A stretch of DNA of 64,000 nt from an uncultured Lachnospiraceae bacterium (GCA_902766955.1 CACXFM010000083.1:5665-69664), one strand, 5' to 3'. Positions 51,224 to 60,715 are shown, counted from the first letter of the stretch. Made by a program: numbers and translations. The notes: generated by a model not told the origin, from the letters alone.

Positions 51224-53740
51224 CTATAAGAATTTTCCCGTCACACTGTCTCTGTTCCGCCGGATTTCCTCCGGTGTCCCCCGGGCCACGATTCTGCCGC
51301 CCGCATCTCCTCCTCCGGGCCCCATGTCAATGACATAATCCGCATTCCGGATCACGTCCAGATCGTGCTCGATCACAATCACGGTAGCGCCGCCGTCGAT
51401 CAGGCTCATAAACACGGAGAGCAGCGTCTCCACATCGAGAGGATGCAGCCCGATGGTCGGCTCGTCAAACACAAAGACGGAATCCGCCTGCGCCTTTCCC
51501 ATCTCGCTGGCCAGCTTCAGCCTCTGGGCCTCGCCGCCGGACAGGCCGGGGGTCTCCTCTCCCAAAGTCAGATAGCCGAGTCCGAGGTCGTGCAGCACCT
51601 GCAGCTTCCGCGCCACTGACGGAAGATCCCTGCAGGCCTCCAGCGCTTCATCCACGCTCAGGTCCATGACCTCCGGGAGTGACAGTCCTGCACTCTCCTT
51701 CTTCGGAATCCGCCGGATGAGCTCCGCCGTCTTCGAATATCTGGAACCCCCGCATTCCGGACAGGGAATATTGACATCCGGCAGAAACTGCACGTCCAGG
51801 CTGATGGAGCCGGTCCCGTCGCATACCGGACAGCGCAGTTTTCCCGTATTATAGGAGAAGTCGCCTGCTTTATACCCGCCCGCCTTCGCGTCCGGCGTCT
51901 TTGCATAAGCCTTGCGGAGTTCGTCGTGTACATCCGCGTAAGTGGCCACCGTGGATCTCACATTGATGCCGATCGGAGTGGAATCAATCGGTTTCACATG
52001 AAGGATGCCCTCCGCTCTGATCTCTTTTACATGAGGAGGCAGCGCCTCCCCCTGGAGACTTTTCTGAAGCGCCGGAATCAGGCTCTCCAGCACAAGGGTC
52101 GTCTTTCCGGAACCCGAGACGCCGGTCACGGCAATCAGCCTGCCCTTGGGGAAATCCGCCTCCAGAGGCCTCACCGTGTGGATGGCACCGGTGGACAGGT
52201 GAATGCACCCTTCCGCAAACAGTTCTTCCGCCGCCGCGTGGCGGCCCGTATCAATTACTTTCTTTCCGGTCAGAAACGGAGCGATCGCGGAAGAAGGATT
52301 CCGCCCGACGTCCTCCGGCGTCCCCTGCGCGATCACCGTGCCGCCTCCGGCGCCGGCCCCCGGTCCCATCTCGATCAGATAATCCGCTTCCTTAAGGATA
52401 TTCGTGTCGTGATCCACGAGAATCACCGAATTGCCGTCCGCGAGCAGGTCTCTCATGACCCCGGCCAGACCCTTCTGGTTGGAAGGATGCAGTCCTGTCG
52501 ACGGCTCGTCCAGCACATACAGAACGCCGGTCGTGCGGTTCCGCACGGCCCTCGCCAGCTGCATCCGCTGCCGCTCTCCCGTGGAGAGCGTGGAGGCACT
52601 CCGGTCCAGTGTGAGATAAGAGAGCCCCAGATCCATGAGTCTCTTTGCCGCACCCCGGAAGGAATCCCGGATGCTCTCCGCCATAGGCCGCATTTCTTCC
52701 GGCAGAAGAGACGGCATCCCGTCGACCCAGTCCGCGAGATCCGACAGCGTCATCTGACAGACATCAGCCAGAGACTTTCCCCCGATTCTCGGCGCGCGGG
52801 CCGCTTCGGACAGCCTCGTCCCGCCGCAGTCCGGGCAGATATCCTGCCGCAGAAATTTCTCCACCCGCTTCATGCCCTTTTCGTCCTTTACTTTTGACAG
52901 GGCATTCTCGACTGTATAGGTGGCATTGAAATAGGTGAAGTCCATATCGCCGGCCGCGCCGCTGGTCCGGTTCTGGTAGATGATATTCTTTTTGACCGCC
53001 GGTCCGTGGAAGACGATCTCCCGCTCCTTCTCCGTCAGATCCTTAAAGGGGACGTCCGTGCGGACCCCCATCTCCCGGGCAATGTCCTTCATGAGCGACC
53101 ACATCAGCGTCTGCCAGGGGGCCACCGCCCCCTCATCAATCGTCAGAGATTCGTCCGGCACCAGGGTGGACTCATCCACGATCCGCACGATCCCGGTCCC
53201 GTCGCAGCGCCGGCAGGCTCCCTGGCTGTTAAAGGCGAGTTCCTCTGCCCCGGGCGCAAAAAACGTCTCCCCGCACACCGGACAGACAAGCGGAAGCCCC
53301 GCCGCCACATTGAGGGAGGGCTTCAGATAGTGTCCGTTCGGGCACCGGTGCTCCGCCAGCCGCGAAAACATAAGCCGCAGATGATTCAGCAGCTCCGTCC
53401 CCGTTCCGAAGGTGCTGCGGATCCCCGGCACACCCGGCCGCTGCCGGAGGGCCAGTGCCGCGGGCACATAGAGGACTTCGTCCACCTGCGCTTTCTCCGC
53501 CTGCGTCATCCGGCGCCTCGTATATGTGGACAGGGCTTCAAGATACCGCCTCGACCCTTCCGCATACAGGATCCCGAGCGCCAGGGAAGATTTGCCGGAC
53601 CCCGATACCCCGGCAATCCCGACGATCCGGTTCAGCGGAATCTCCACATCTATGTTTTTCAGGTTATGTACTTTTGCGCCGCGCACAAGTATGCGGGACG
53701 GTCTCTCGCTGTTCTGTCTCATTTCGTCCTGTCCGTTCAT
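51224..53740 (-). CDS. UvrA-like ABC ATPase (class II / UvrA2-DrrC-like)
   Basis: HNLKNI, two GVSGSGK motifs, CxxC zinc motifs, LSTGE/LSGGEAQR; 838 aa; no uvrB/uvrC nearby. Confidence 0.88.
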   Translation of the reverse strand: MNGQDEMRQNSERPSRILVRGAKVHNLKNIDVEIPLNRIVGIAGVSGSGKSSLALGILYAEGSRRYLEALSTYTRRRMTQAEKAQVDEVLYVPAALALRQRPGVPGIRSTFGTGTELLNHLRLMFSRLAEHRCPNGHYLKPSLNVAAGLPLVCPVCGETFFAPGAEELAFNSQGACRRCDGTGIVRIVDESTLVPDESLTIDEGAVAPWQTLMWSLMKDIAREMGVRTDVPFKDLTEKEREIVFHGPAVKKNIIYQNRTSGAAGDMDFTYFNATYTVENALSKVKDEKGMKRVEKFLRQDICPDCGGTRLSEAARAPRIGGKSLADVCQMTLSDLADWVDGMPSLLPEEMRPMAESIRDSFRGAAKRLMDLGLSYLTLDRSASTLSTGERQRMQLARAVRNRTTGVLYVLDEPSTGLHPSNQKGLAGVMRDLLADGNSVILVDHDTNILKEADYLIEMGPGAGAGGGTVIAQGTPEDVGRNPSSAIAPFLTGKKVIDTGRHAAAEELFAEGCIHLSTGAIHTVRPLEADFPKGRLIAVTGVSGSGKTTLVLESLIPALQKSLQGEALPPHVKEIRAEGILHVKPIDSTPIGINVRSTVATYADVHDELRKAYAKTPDAKAGGYKAGDFSYNTGKLRCPVCDGTGSISLDVQFLPDVNIPCPECGGSRYSKTAELIRRIPKKESAGLSLPEVMDLSVDEALEACRDLPSVARKLQVLHDLGLGYLTLGEETPGLSGGEAQRLKLASEMGKAQADSVFVFDEPTIGLHPLDVETLLSVFMSLIDGGATVIVIEHDLDVIRNADYVIDMGPGGGDAGGRIVARGTPEEIRRNRDSVTGKFL

Positions 53741-53808
53741 GCTTTTTATCTGTTCAGGCTTTCCGCCAGACGTCGGTTGCGGATTGTTCCGCGCCTGACG
53801 CCGTAATC

Positions 53809-53837
53809 ATTGTATTGCCTTTCCGGCTCAGAAGCAA
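53809..53837 (-). promoter_or_regulatory. Putative sigma-70 promoter of the uvrA-like gene
   Basis: TTGCTT-17 bp-TACAAT. Confidence 0.55.
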
Positions 53838-53838
53838 T

Positions 53839-53896
53839 GCCCCGGCCGGCAGAAGCCATGCCCGGCCGGCTGAGACCTTGCCCGGCCGCGCAGGAC
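53839..53896. repeat. 3 x 20-bp-period repeat
   Basis: CCCGGCCG at 53841, 53861 and 53881. Confidence 0.7.
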
Positions 53897-53965
53897 TGAT
53901 TTTCTATCCTTTTGGCCGCAATTTGTCTCCCGAAACCGTGGACTATTCCGCTTTACACCGGTGGC

Positions 53966-54388
53966 GGCGAAGATTTCGGAAACATTTTAAAAAGTAGCCG
54001 CCCATTTATGAGGCCCGCTTTGAACCACGGGCGAAGGAAATCGAAATCTTACTAAATGTAGATGCCCACTTATGGAACCACCTTTCAACCACGAGCAAAG
54101 GAATTCGGAATCTTACTAAATGTAGATGCCCGCTTCTCAAGCCTGCTTTGAACAATGGGCGAAGGAATTCGAAAGCTTCCTAAAAGTAGACGCCCGATTA
54201 TAAAATTTGCTTTCAATCAGGGGCGAAGGAAATCGGAATCTTCCAATAAGTAGACGCCCGATTATGAAATTTGCTTTCAACCAGGGGCGAAGGAAATTGG
54301 ATTCTTCCAAAATGTAGATGCCCGATTATGAAATATGCCTTGAACCACTGGCCAAGGAATTTAAGAAATATCATATAGTGGATGCCCG
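53966..54388. repeat. Non-coding tandem array, 64-bp period, about 6.6 degenerate copies
   Basis: Units start at 53966, 54030, 54094, 54158, 54222, 54286 and 54350; consensus close to GGCGAAGGAAATCGGAATCTTCCTAAATGTAGATGCCCGATTATGAAATTTGCTTTCAACCACG. Confidence 0.92.
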
Positions 54389-54400
54389 CCGGCAATTTTC

Positions 54401-54520
54401 CTGCCAAAACCGCAAGGGGAAGCGGAAAACTCAGCAGGGTAACAGAAAACCGCGGCAGATAGCGGAAAACCACGGCGGGTAGCGGAAAACCAAGCGGGGC
54501 AGCAGAAAACCGCGGCAGAA
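54401..54520. repeat. 6 x 20-bp-period repeat (AGCGGAAAAC plus variable GC-rich 10-mer)
   Basis: AAAAC ends at 54410, 54430, 54450, 54470, 54490 and 54510. Confidence 0.88.
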
Positions 54521-54547
54521 GACATAACACACTGTAGAAAAACTGCG

Positions 54548-54577
54548 AAAAGCGGGAGTGTGCCCACTCCCGCTCTT
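54548..54577 (-). terminator. Intrinsic terminator downstream of the XRE-HisKA-REC gene
   Basis: AGCGGGAGTG-loop-CACTCCCGCT followed by T residues on the minus strand. Confidence 0.75.
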
Positions 54578-54591
54578 CACAGTGTCTTTCT

Positions 54592-55500
54592 CTATGTTGT
54601 TAAAAAGGGATTTAATGTCTCAAAAAACCGGTCCAGGAAAAAGGGCTTCTCCACAAATGCGTTCATGCCCGCCGCAAGCGCCTCGCTCCGGTCCTGCTCA
54701 TATACATTTGCGCTTACCGCCACGATCGGCACGGACGCTTTCTCTGCATCCCTGTTTTCCCGGATCCGCCTCGTCGCCTCCAGCCCGTTCATATTCGGCA
54801 TCATGATATCCATCAGAATCAGATCATAGTACCCGGCCGGCGCCTGTTCAAGCATCTCCGCACAGATTTTTCCATCCCCGGCAAATTCCACCTCTGCTCC
54901 GGCCTGTCTCAGGATCTCCGCCGCGATCTCGCGGTTCATGTCGATATCATCCGCCACAAGAATCCTTTTCCCCGAAAAGTCGCATTTCAAAAATGCGTCT
55001 TTCCGCGCTTTTGCTCTCATGTTCAGGTACTCTCCGAGTTCCTCTGCGCTGACGGGATACAGCTCCTCATCCAGTTTCCCCCGGTCCTCATAGGTGACCC
55101 GCATCAGGCGGTCAATCGCTTTCAGCAGATACTCTCCCGAAATCCGGATGCTGTTCAGATAATGCATCACCTGTTCGGGCTCATTTTTATGCAGATCCGC
55201 CAGTCCGACGCAGCCCAGTATAATGTGCAGCGGCGTCCGGATATCATGAGACATGCTGAAGATCTGCAGTAATCTTGAAGGCTGCTCCTCATCGATGCAT
55301 TCTCTCAGCAGGTCATTTACCGTCACGCCCAGAAGATCCGCCAGTTTCGGAAAGAGAGCCATATCCGGATAAGAAAGATCTCTCTCCCATTTTGAAACCG
55401 CTTTGTCTGTCACACCCAGTTTCTCCGCCAGAAAGGCCTGTGTCATATGATTCTGCAAACGCAAAGAGCGAATATAAAAACCAAGTGTCGATTTTCGCAC
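54592..55500 (-). CDS. XRE HTH - HisKA (DHp) - receiver fusion lacking a HATPase domain
   Basis: TQAFLAEKLGVTDKAVSKWER; SMSHDIRTPLHII; RILVADD...LMDIMMP...SAN...KP; GTG start with GGGAGG RBS. Confidence 0.85.
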   Translation of the reverse strand: MRKSTLGFYIRSLRLQNHMTQAFLAEKLGVTDKAVSKWERDLSYPDMALFPKLADLLGVTVNDLLRECIDEEQPSRLLQIFSMSHDIRTPLHIILGCVGLADLHKNEPEQVMHYLNSIRISGEYLLKAIDRLMRVTYEDRGKLDEELYPVSAEELGEYLNMRAKARKDAFLKCDFSGKRILVADDIDMNREIAAEILRQAGAEVEFAGDGKICAEMLEQAPAGYYDLILMDIMMPNMNGLEATRRIRENRDAEKASVPIVAVSANVYEQDRSEALAAGMNAFVEKPFFLDRFFETLNPFLTT

Positions 55501-55630
55501 GTCTTTTACCTCCCACGCTTAAGATAACATGTGAAGTGCGCCAAAACAATCGACACCTGGTTTACCTCATCTGCCTCAGGTTATGAGCCCCGCCTCCGCA
55601 GGTCTTCTTCATCTCCTCCTGTTATAAAAA

Positions 55631-56197
55631 TCAGAATGACGGATTTTCGGCAAGGAAATCTTTCAGCACCCGAAGCCCTGCAGACGGCACGCAGAAGCGC
55701 TCTCTCGTGGTCTGTATTTCCCGGTATACGTCTTCCAGGTCAAACCACCGGACCTCATCGACCTCACTCTTCTGAAGCGTGAGGCCATCGATCCTCACGG
55801 GCTCCCTGTAAACAAATACACTGGTCACCTCATTATCCCGGAACGGCTTTCCGTGAAATTCCTTTTCAAACTGAATCCGGAACATACCGGCAAACATGAG
55901 ATCCGAAGGCTGTGCCGCAATCCCCAGCTCCTCCTTCAGCTCCCTCAGTGCGGATGGCAGCGGCTCCTCTCCGGAGGGAATATGTCCGGCGGAAGATGTA
56001 TCGTAAAGCCCGGGGAAGGACTCTTTTCGGAGGCTCCTCTTCTGCAGAAGCACATCGTATCCGCCGGCCTTCTTTCTCACGATCCAGACATGTGCCGTCC
56101 GGTGCAGGATGCCGTCCCTGTGCGCAGTCTCTCTGCTTACCGTTTTCCCTGTCGGGATTCCGTCTTCATTACAGATATCCAGAATTTCCATCGTCAT
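55631..56197 (-). CDS. NUDIX hydrolase (IDI-like subfamily)
   Basis: HRTAHVW, LLQKRS, AGHIPSGEEPLPSALRELKEELG Nudix box. Confidence 0.9.
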   Translation of the reverse strand: MTMEILDICNEDGIPTGKTVSRETAHRDGILHRTAHVWIVRKKAGGYDVLLQKRSLRKESFPGLYDTSSAGHIPSGEEPLPSALRELKEELGIAAQPSDLMFAGMFRIQFEKEFHGKPFRDNEVTSVFVYREPVRIDGLTLQKSEVDEVRWFDLEDVYREIQTTRERFCVPSAGLRVLKDFLAENPSF

Positions 56198-56308
56198 TCA
56201 CCGCCTCCGGTGTCATTTCCTGTGACCTGAAAAAGCTGCCTCTGCATTATCCGCAGAAGCAGTCGTTTTTTTGATGTAAGGGCTGTATAAATCAGACGAT
56301 CTGACTCT

Positions 56309-56680
56309 TTATTCGGAATACTTGAGAGACTCCGCCAGATCCTTATTCTGATTCTCCGTATCACCGAGTGCCGCATAAATCTGGGCTCTCTGATAATAGC
56401 TCTGTGTCAGTTCATAGCCGTTGTCGATGCAGACGGTGTAGTCCGCCAGCGCGTTCTCCAGATTGCCGATGGCGCCTTCGCACACGGCCCTGTAGTAATA
56501 GGCGCCCAGATTGCTGACCTCTGCTGCCTCTGTTTCCACGGGTTCCGCCACGCTCTCCACAATGCTCTCGGCTCCGGAAGCTGCCCGGCCGTCCTTGATA
56601 TAGGCCGTAAACGTTGCGGCCGCGGTCTCGTAGTCTTCCAGCTGCATCTGGCAGATGGCCAGATTATAAGTGGCGTTTCA
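56309..56680 (-). pseudogene. C-terminal fragment of a TPR protein
   Basis: YNLAICQMQLEDY, AYYYRAVC, SYYQRAQIY; the RBS-preceded ATG (MKRHL-stop) is out of frame. Confidence 0.6.
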
Positions 56681-56780
56681 TAGAGATCCTCCTCCAAAAA
56701 CATAGTCCTTTAAGGATTTTTCGAAAACTGAATTTCGCAAACAAAAACCCTTCTTATTTTACCAATTAATGAAACATTAT

Positions 56781-57723
56781 TCAATTGGTTTCCACGGTAA
56801 CCGTTCTTTTCGTATCCGCCTTTCCTTCCCAGGTGAAGCCCTCCGGGAATGTCATGTTCTCCCCGTCCCAGTGGATTTCAATCCTGTCAAGCAGGAACGT
56901 ACGCAGGAACATATCCTGCACCTCATACTCCAGATAATAAATGCCCGGGGGAAGCGGAATCTCTTCCACTTTCAGAGACCGGTACATGGTCTGCATTTCT
57001 CCGATCTGGTAAGACTCCCGTTCGTCGAGCGTGCCGTCATCGATCGGGTAAAGCAGCCTGTAATCCCGGCCGTCAAGCATGGCCAGCGGTGTCACGCTCC
57101 GGTTCATCAGCTCGTTATCCTCTTCGTAGCCCTGCCATACGCCGAAAATCTCGTATTCGTTGAAAGTCCGTTCTCCTTCTTCCGAGCAGTCAATCTTTCG
57201 CCCGCAGCGGAAAACATATTTCTTTGAGTCAATCTGTACCGGGATGTGGAGGAATTCAGTCCCCTGATACGCAAACAGTACATCGGAAGCGATTCCGTAC
57301 TCCTCCGCGATCTCGGCGAAGGAATACAGATCGTGCGCCATGCTGCTCATCAGCTGAGAGCCTATACTTTCCACGAAGCTCCGGACATTCTCACCGGCAT
57401 TCAGATGGCAGAAGACGGGAAACGTCTTAACCATCATCGTCACGGAACGACTTGTGCGCGAATCACTTCTCCCGTTGTAGACTGTCGTGTAAAGCGCTTC
57501 CTTCTTTCCGGTAAAACGGCCCAGCACGAAGGCGAAAACAGCGTTGAAAAATGCGTTGGCCGACAGCTCATAGCCGGTATAGGATTCCTTGTTCAGTGCC
57601 CGGAGCTCATAGGCGTCATTCACGTCCTGAATAAACACGGCCGTACTGGTGCCGTCGCTCACGATGTGATGGAAATCCAGGAACAGCCACGGCACTTCCC
57701 TCTCTGTTTTTTTCGATCGTCAT
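56781..57723 (-). pseudogene. Chimeric relic: STAS-like start, NRPS condensation-domain fragments and a clostripain-like C-terminus
   Basis: HHIVSDG condensation motif; YNGR...MMVKTFP, HDLYSF, LFAYQG; tail PPGIYYLEYEVQDMF; RBS-preceded MTIEKNREGSAV is out of frame. Confidence 0.6.
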
Positions 57724-58023
57724 CCTTAATCTCCTCCCATTTCACACGAGACAGTTGCCTGTCTGATATTTCTGATGCTATCCCAATTGTCTGAACTTTT
57801 CAACGTTTTTACAACACTGAAAGATAAATATTATTTGTGCCCCCCGCACCCGCAAAAAGGCCCCCGCAGGGGCTCATTGTTTTGTTGTAGCTGTATCTTA
57901 GCAGGCCGATCTTTGCAAATACATGTGCAATTTTCATTATCATTCATAATATCTGTACTCTGTTATTATTGCATAAATCATCTGTTTCTGATTTGTTCAA
58001 AACATAGAAATCCCAATAATGAA

Positions 58024-58070
58024 TTGACAGAAACCCTTTATCTGCTATATTTATAAATAGAGTTTATAAA
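58024..58070 (+). promoter_or_regulatory. Sigma-70 promoter with overlapping TTTATAAA palindromes (candidate operator)
   Basis: TTGACA-16 bp-TATATT with extended TG; TATTTATAAATA 58048-58059 and TTTATAAA 58063-58070. Confidence 0.6.
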
Positions 58071-58101
58071 TACCATTTAATATATTGGAGGGATGCAGAA
58101 A

Positions 58102-59139
58102 ATGGCAAAGAACATGTTCAGAACAATCTTCGGCCGCAACCTGGTAGGCGAACTCAAAAACATCGTACAGCGGCCATATCTTGTCGTCACAATGGAAGAT
58201 ATCTGGGATCTCTTTAAAGACCAGTTCGATGAAGATTGCATTGTTCATTTTGTAAAAACTCTCGAATATGATGAAATCCTCAAAAACATCGAGCAGCTGC
58301 CGCATTTTGAGAGCGTCATAGGAATGGGCGGCGGACAGGCTGTCGACTACGCGAAAATGGTCTCCTGGAAAAAGCATCTGCCGCTTTATCAGGTACCGAC
58401 ATCCATCGCGACAAACGCAGTCTTCGGCCATCGGGCCGGCGTCCGTTTTAACAGCATCGTCAGATACGTCGGATTTACGGAACCTGTCGCCGTCTACGTT
58501 GATTATGATGTGATCCAGAATGGTCCCCGCGCACTGAACCGCAGCGGTGTCTGCGATGTTCTCTGCTACAACAATTCCATCTTCGACTGGAAATATGCGG
58601 CAGATCACGGAAAATGCGAAGAGAAATGGCCGTTTGACCAGGAAATGGCGGACGAAGTAAACGAAGTCAAGAACCTGATCATCGATAATCTCGATGAAAT
58701 CTACAACATGACGGAGAAAGGCATCCGCACTCTGACATACGGGCTCAACTGGGGCGGCTCCGCATTCCATAACAACGGTTGGAATCCCCGTCCGATCGAA
58801 GGAAGCGACCACTTCCTGTTCTACACCCTTGAGTACATGACAAAGAAAAAATTCATCCATGGCCAGCCCGTCTGTCTGGGTATTTTCGTCGGGTCAGCCA
58901 TGGGCGGAAACGATCCGGACGGAATTCTCGATATCATCCACAGAGCCGGTGTCGAAATCAGGCCCGAAGGCATGGGGCTCACCTGGGACGACGTCTTTGC
59001 CGCAATTAAGTATGAAAAGGAATTTCTCGAGAGCCACGGTTACTGGTATACCGTCGTAAATGATTTTGAAGTGACCGATGAATTCTGTCAGATGATCAAA
59101 GATAAAGTGATTGCAAAATACGGTGAATGGAACGCATAA
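58102..59139 (+). CDS. Metal-dependent polyol dehydrogenase, glycerol-1-phosphate/glycerol dehydrogenase family
   Basis: GMGGGQAVDYAK, VPTSIATNA, GSDH, HGQPV. Confidence 0.8.
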   Translation: MAKNMFRTIFGRNLVGELKNIVQRPYLVVTMEDIWDLFKDQFDEDCIVHFVKTLEYDEILKNIEQLPHFESVIGMGGGQAVDYAKMVSWKKHLPLYQVPTSIATNAVFGHRAGVRFNSIVRYVGFTEPVAVYVDYDVIQNGPRALNRSGVCDVLCYNNSIFDWKYAADHGKCEEKWPFDQEMADEVNEVKNLIIDNLDEIYNMTEKGIRTLTYGLNWGGSAFHNNGWNPRPIEGSDHFLFYTLEYMTKKKFIHGQPVCLGIFVGSAMGGNDPDGILDIIHRAGVEIRPEGMGLTWDDVFAAIKYEKEFLESHGYWYTVVNDFEVTDEFCQMIKDKVIAKYGEWNA

Positions 59140-59229
59140 ATACATTCCCGTCTGCTTCGGAAAACATTCGAATCGAACACACCGCATATCGGAAATGCCG
59201 GACAAAAACATCTTAAAAAGGAGGAAAAC

Positions 59230-60606
59230 ATGAGAAAACAGATCAGGCGAATCACCGCTCTCACACTGACATCAGTCATGGCTGCCGGGCTTGCAGGAAG
59301 CAGTATAACAGCCGCAGATGACGGGGCAAAGAAATTTGCCGGCACAACACTGTATATGATTGCCGAACAGCAGACACCGACTGAATCCCTGAAAAAACAG
59401 CTTGAAAACTTCGAAACAATGACCGGCATCAAAGTCGAGCTGGAGATGGCCCCGCTTGATGACGTGATCCAGAAAGAAACCCTTGCCTTCCAGAGCAAAT
59501 CCGGAGCATACGACATTGTCGCGGCTCCTTACCAGTTCCTCGGCAACATGGTTGAAAACCAGTATATCCAACCTCTTGAACCTTTCATGAATGACGAATC
59601 ACTGGCTGTGATTGATGGCTATGATTCCTCCGACATCATCGAAGGCATGTGGAAAGCATCAGGGGAATGGGACGGACAACTCTACGGCGTTCCGGCGAAC
59701 TCCTGCATCATGTTTATGACATACCGCAAAGATCTCTTCGAAAATGCGGAAGAACAGGCCGCCTTTAAGGAGAAGTACGGATACGATCTGGAAGTGCCCA
59801 AGGACTGGAAGACCTATAGAGACATTGCCGAGTTCTTTACCAGGAGCAAAGGCAGCACACTGGCGGGAGAAACACTGAGCAGAGATTTCTACGGTGTCTC
59901 CATGATGGGCAAACGTCATGACGCCGTTACCTGCGAGTGGCTGAATTACGCCTGGTCCTTCGGCGGAGGCGTTTTTGATGAAGACGGAAATATCGCCATC
60001 AACAGCGATGCTTCTGTCGAAGCACTTGAATACTTCGTCGATCTCAGCCAGTTTGCTCCTCCCGGAGTCACATCAAAGACATGGGATGAACAGACGACGG
60101 AAATCCAGCAGAGCATCGCCGCCATGGCCATCATGTTCAACGACTGCGCGCCCGCGTGCGAGGATCCGGACAGTTCTCTTGTGGCCGGCAAGCTCGGATA
60201 CAGCACGATTCCGGTCGGTGTGACGCCGGCTGATCATTATGGCGCATGGGGCTACTATATTCCGTCAGATTCCCCGAACCCGGAAGCGGCCTATGTCTTC
60301 CTCGAGTGGTTCAATACGCCGGATGTACAGAAACAGATCGCTCTGGACGGCGGATTCCCGAATCTGACATCCATCTACAATGACCCCGATCTGGAAGCGC
60401 TGCCCTACTGGGAAGCAAGCATGGAAGCCTATGAAATCAGCACGACAAGGCCGAGAATCCCGCAGTGGAACCAGATGAATGAAGCACTTATGCTGCAGCT
60501 TTCCAACTGTCTTGCGGGACAGGAAACGCCAAAGGACGCCCTGGACAATGCAGCAAAAGAATTTGAGACGATTCTTGAAGGCAAACTTCCTGTTACATAT
60601 CAGTAA
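59230..60606 (+). CDS. Carbohydrate ABC transporter substrate-binding protein
   Basis: Signal peptide; FETMTGIKVE, YRKDLF, PKDW, WSFGG, RPRIPQW. Confidence 0.9.
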   Translation: MRKQIRRITALTLTSVMAAGLAGSSITAADDGAKKFAGTTLYMIAEQQTPTESLKKQLENFETMTGIKVELEMAPLDDVIQKETLAFQSKSGAYDIVAAPYQFLGNMVENQYIQPLEPFMNDESLAVIDGYDSSDIIEGMWKASGEWDGQLYGVPANSCIMFMTYRKDLFENAEEQAAFKEKYGYDLEVPKDWKTYRDIAEFFTRSKGSTLAGETLSRDFYGVSMMGKRHDAVTCEWLNYAWSFGGGVFDEDGNIAINSDASVEALEYFVDLSQFAPPGVTSKTWDEQTTEIQQSIAAMAIMFNDCAPACEDPDSSLVAGKLGYSTIPVGVTPADHYGAWGYYIPSDSPNPEAAYVFLEWFNTPDVQKQIALDGGFPNLTSIYNDPDLEALPYWEASMEAYEISTTRPRIPQWNQMNEALMLQLSNCLAGQETPKDALDNAAKEFETILEGKLPVTYQ

Positions 60607-60631
60607 TCCACCCTGTACATATGATACTGCC

Positions 60632-60666
60632 GGAAGGGGGACAGAGATGTTCTCCGTCCCCCTTCC
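60632..60666. repeat. Intergenic hairpin (16-bp arms), possibly REP-related
   Basis: GGAAGGGGGACAGAGA / TCTCCGTCCCCCTTCC with 1 mismatch. Confidence 0.7.
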
Positions 60667-60715
60667 TCAATTCCGCTGCCTTCATCAGACAGTATGATAA
60701 ACAGAGGGAAAGATC

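Noticed and set aside
53966-54520. CRISPR array
   Set aside because: Whole units are mutually similar, with no unique spacers, no invariant repeat and no cas genes in the window
54213-54567. ORFs 54213-54530 and 54361-54567 across the repeats
   Set aside because: Repeat periods of 64 and 20 are not multiples of 3; no RBS or protein motif
56781-57695. Functional NRPS gene
   Set aside because: Only partial condensation-domain pieces; no adenylation or carrier domain
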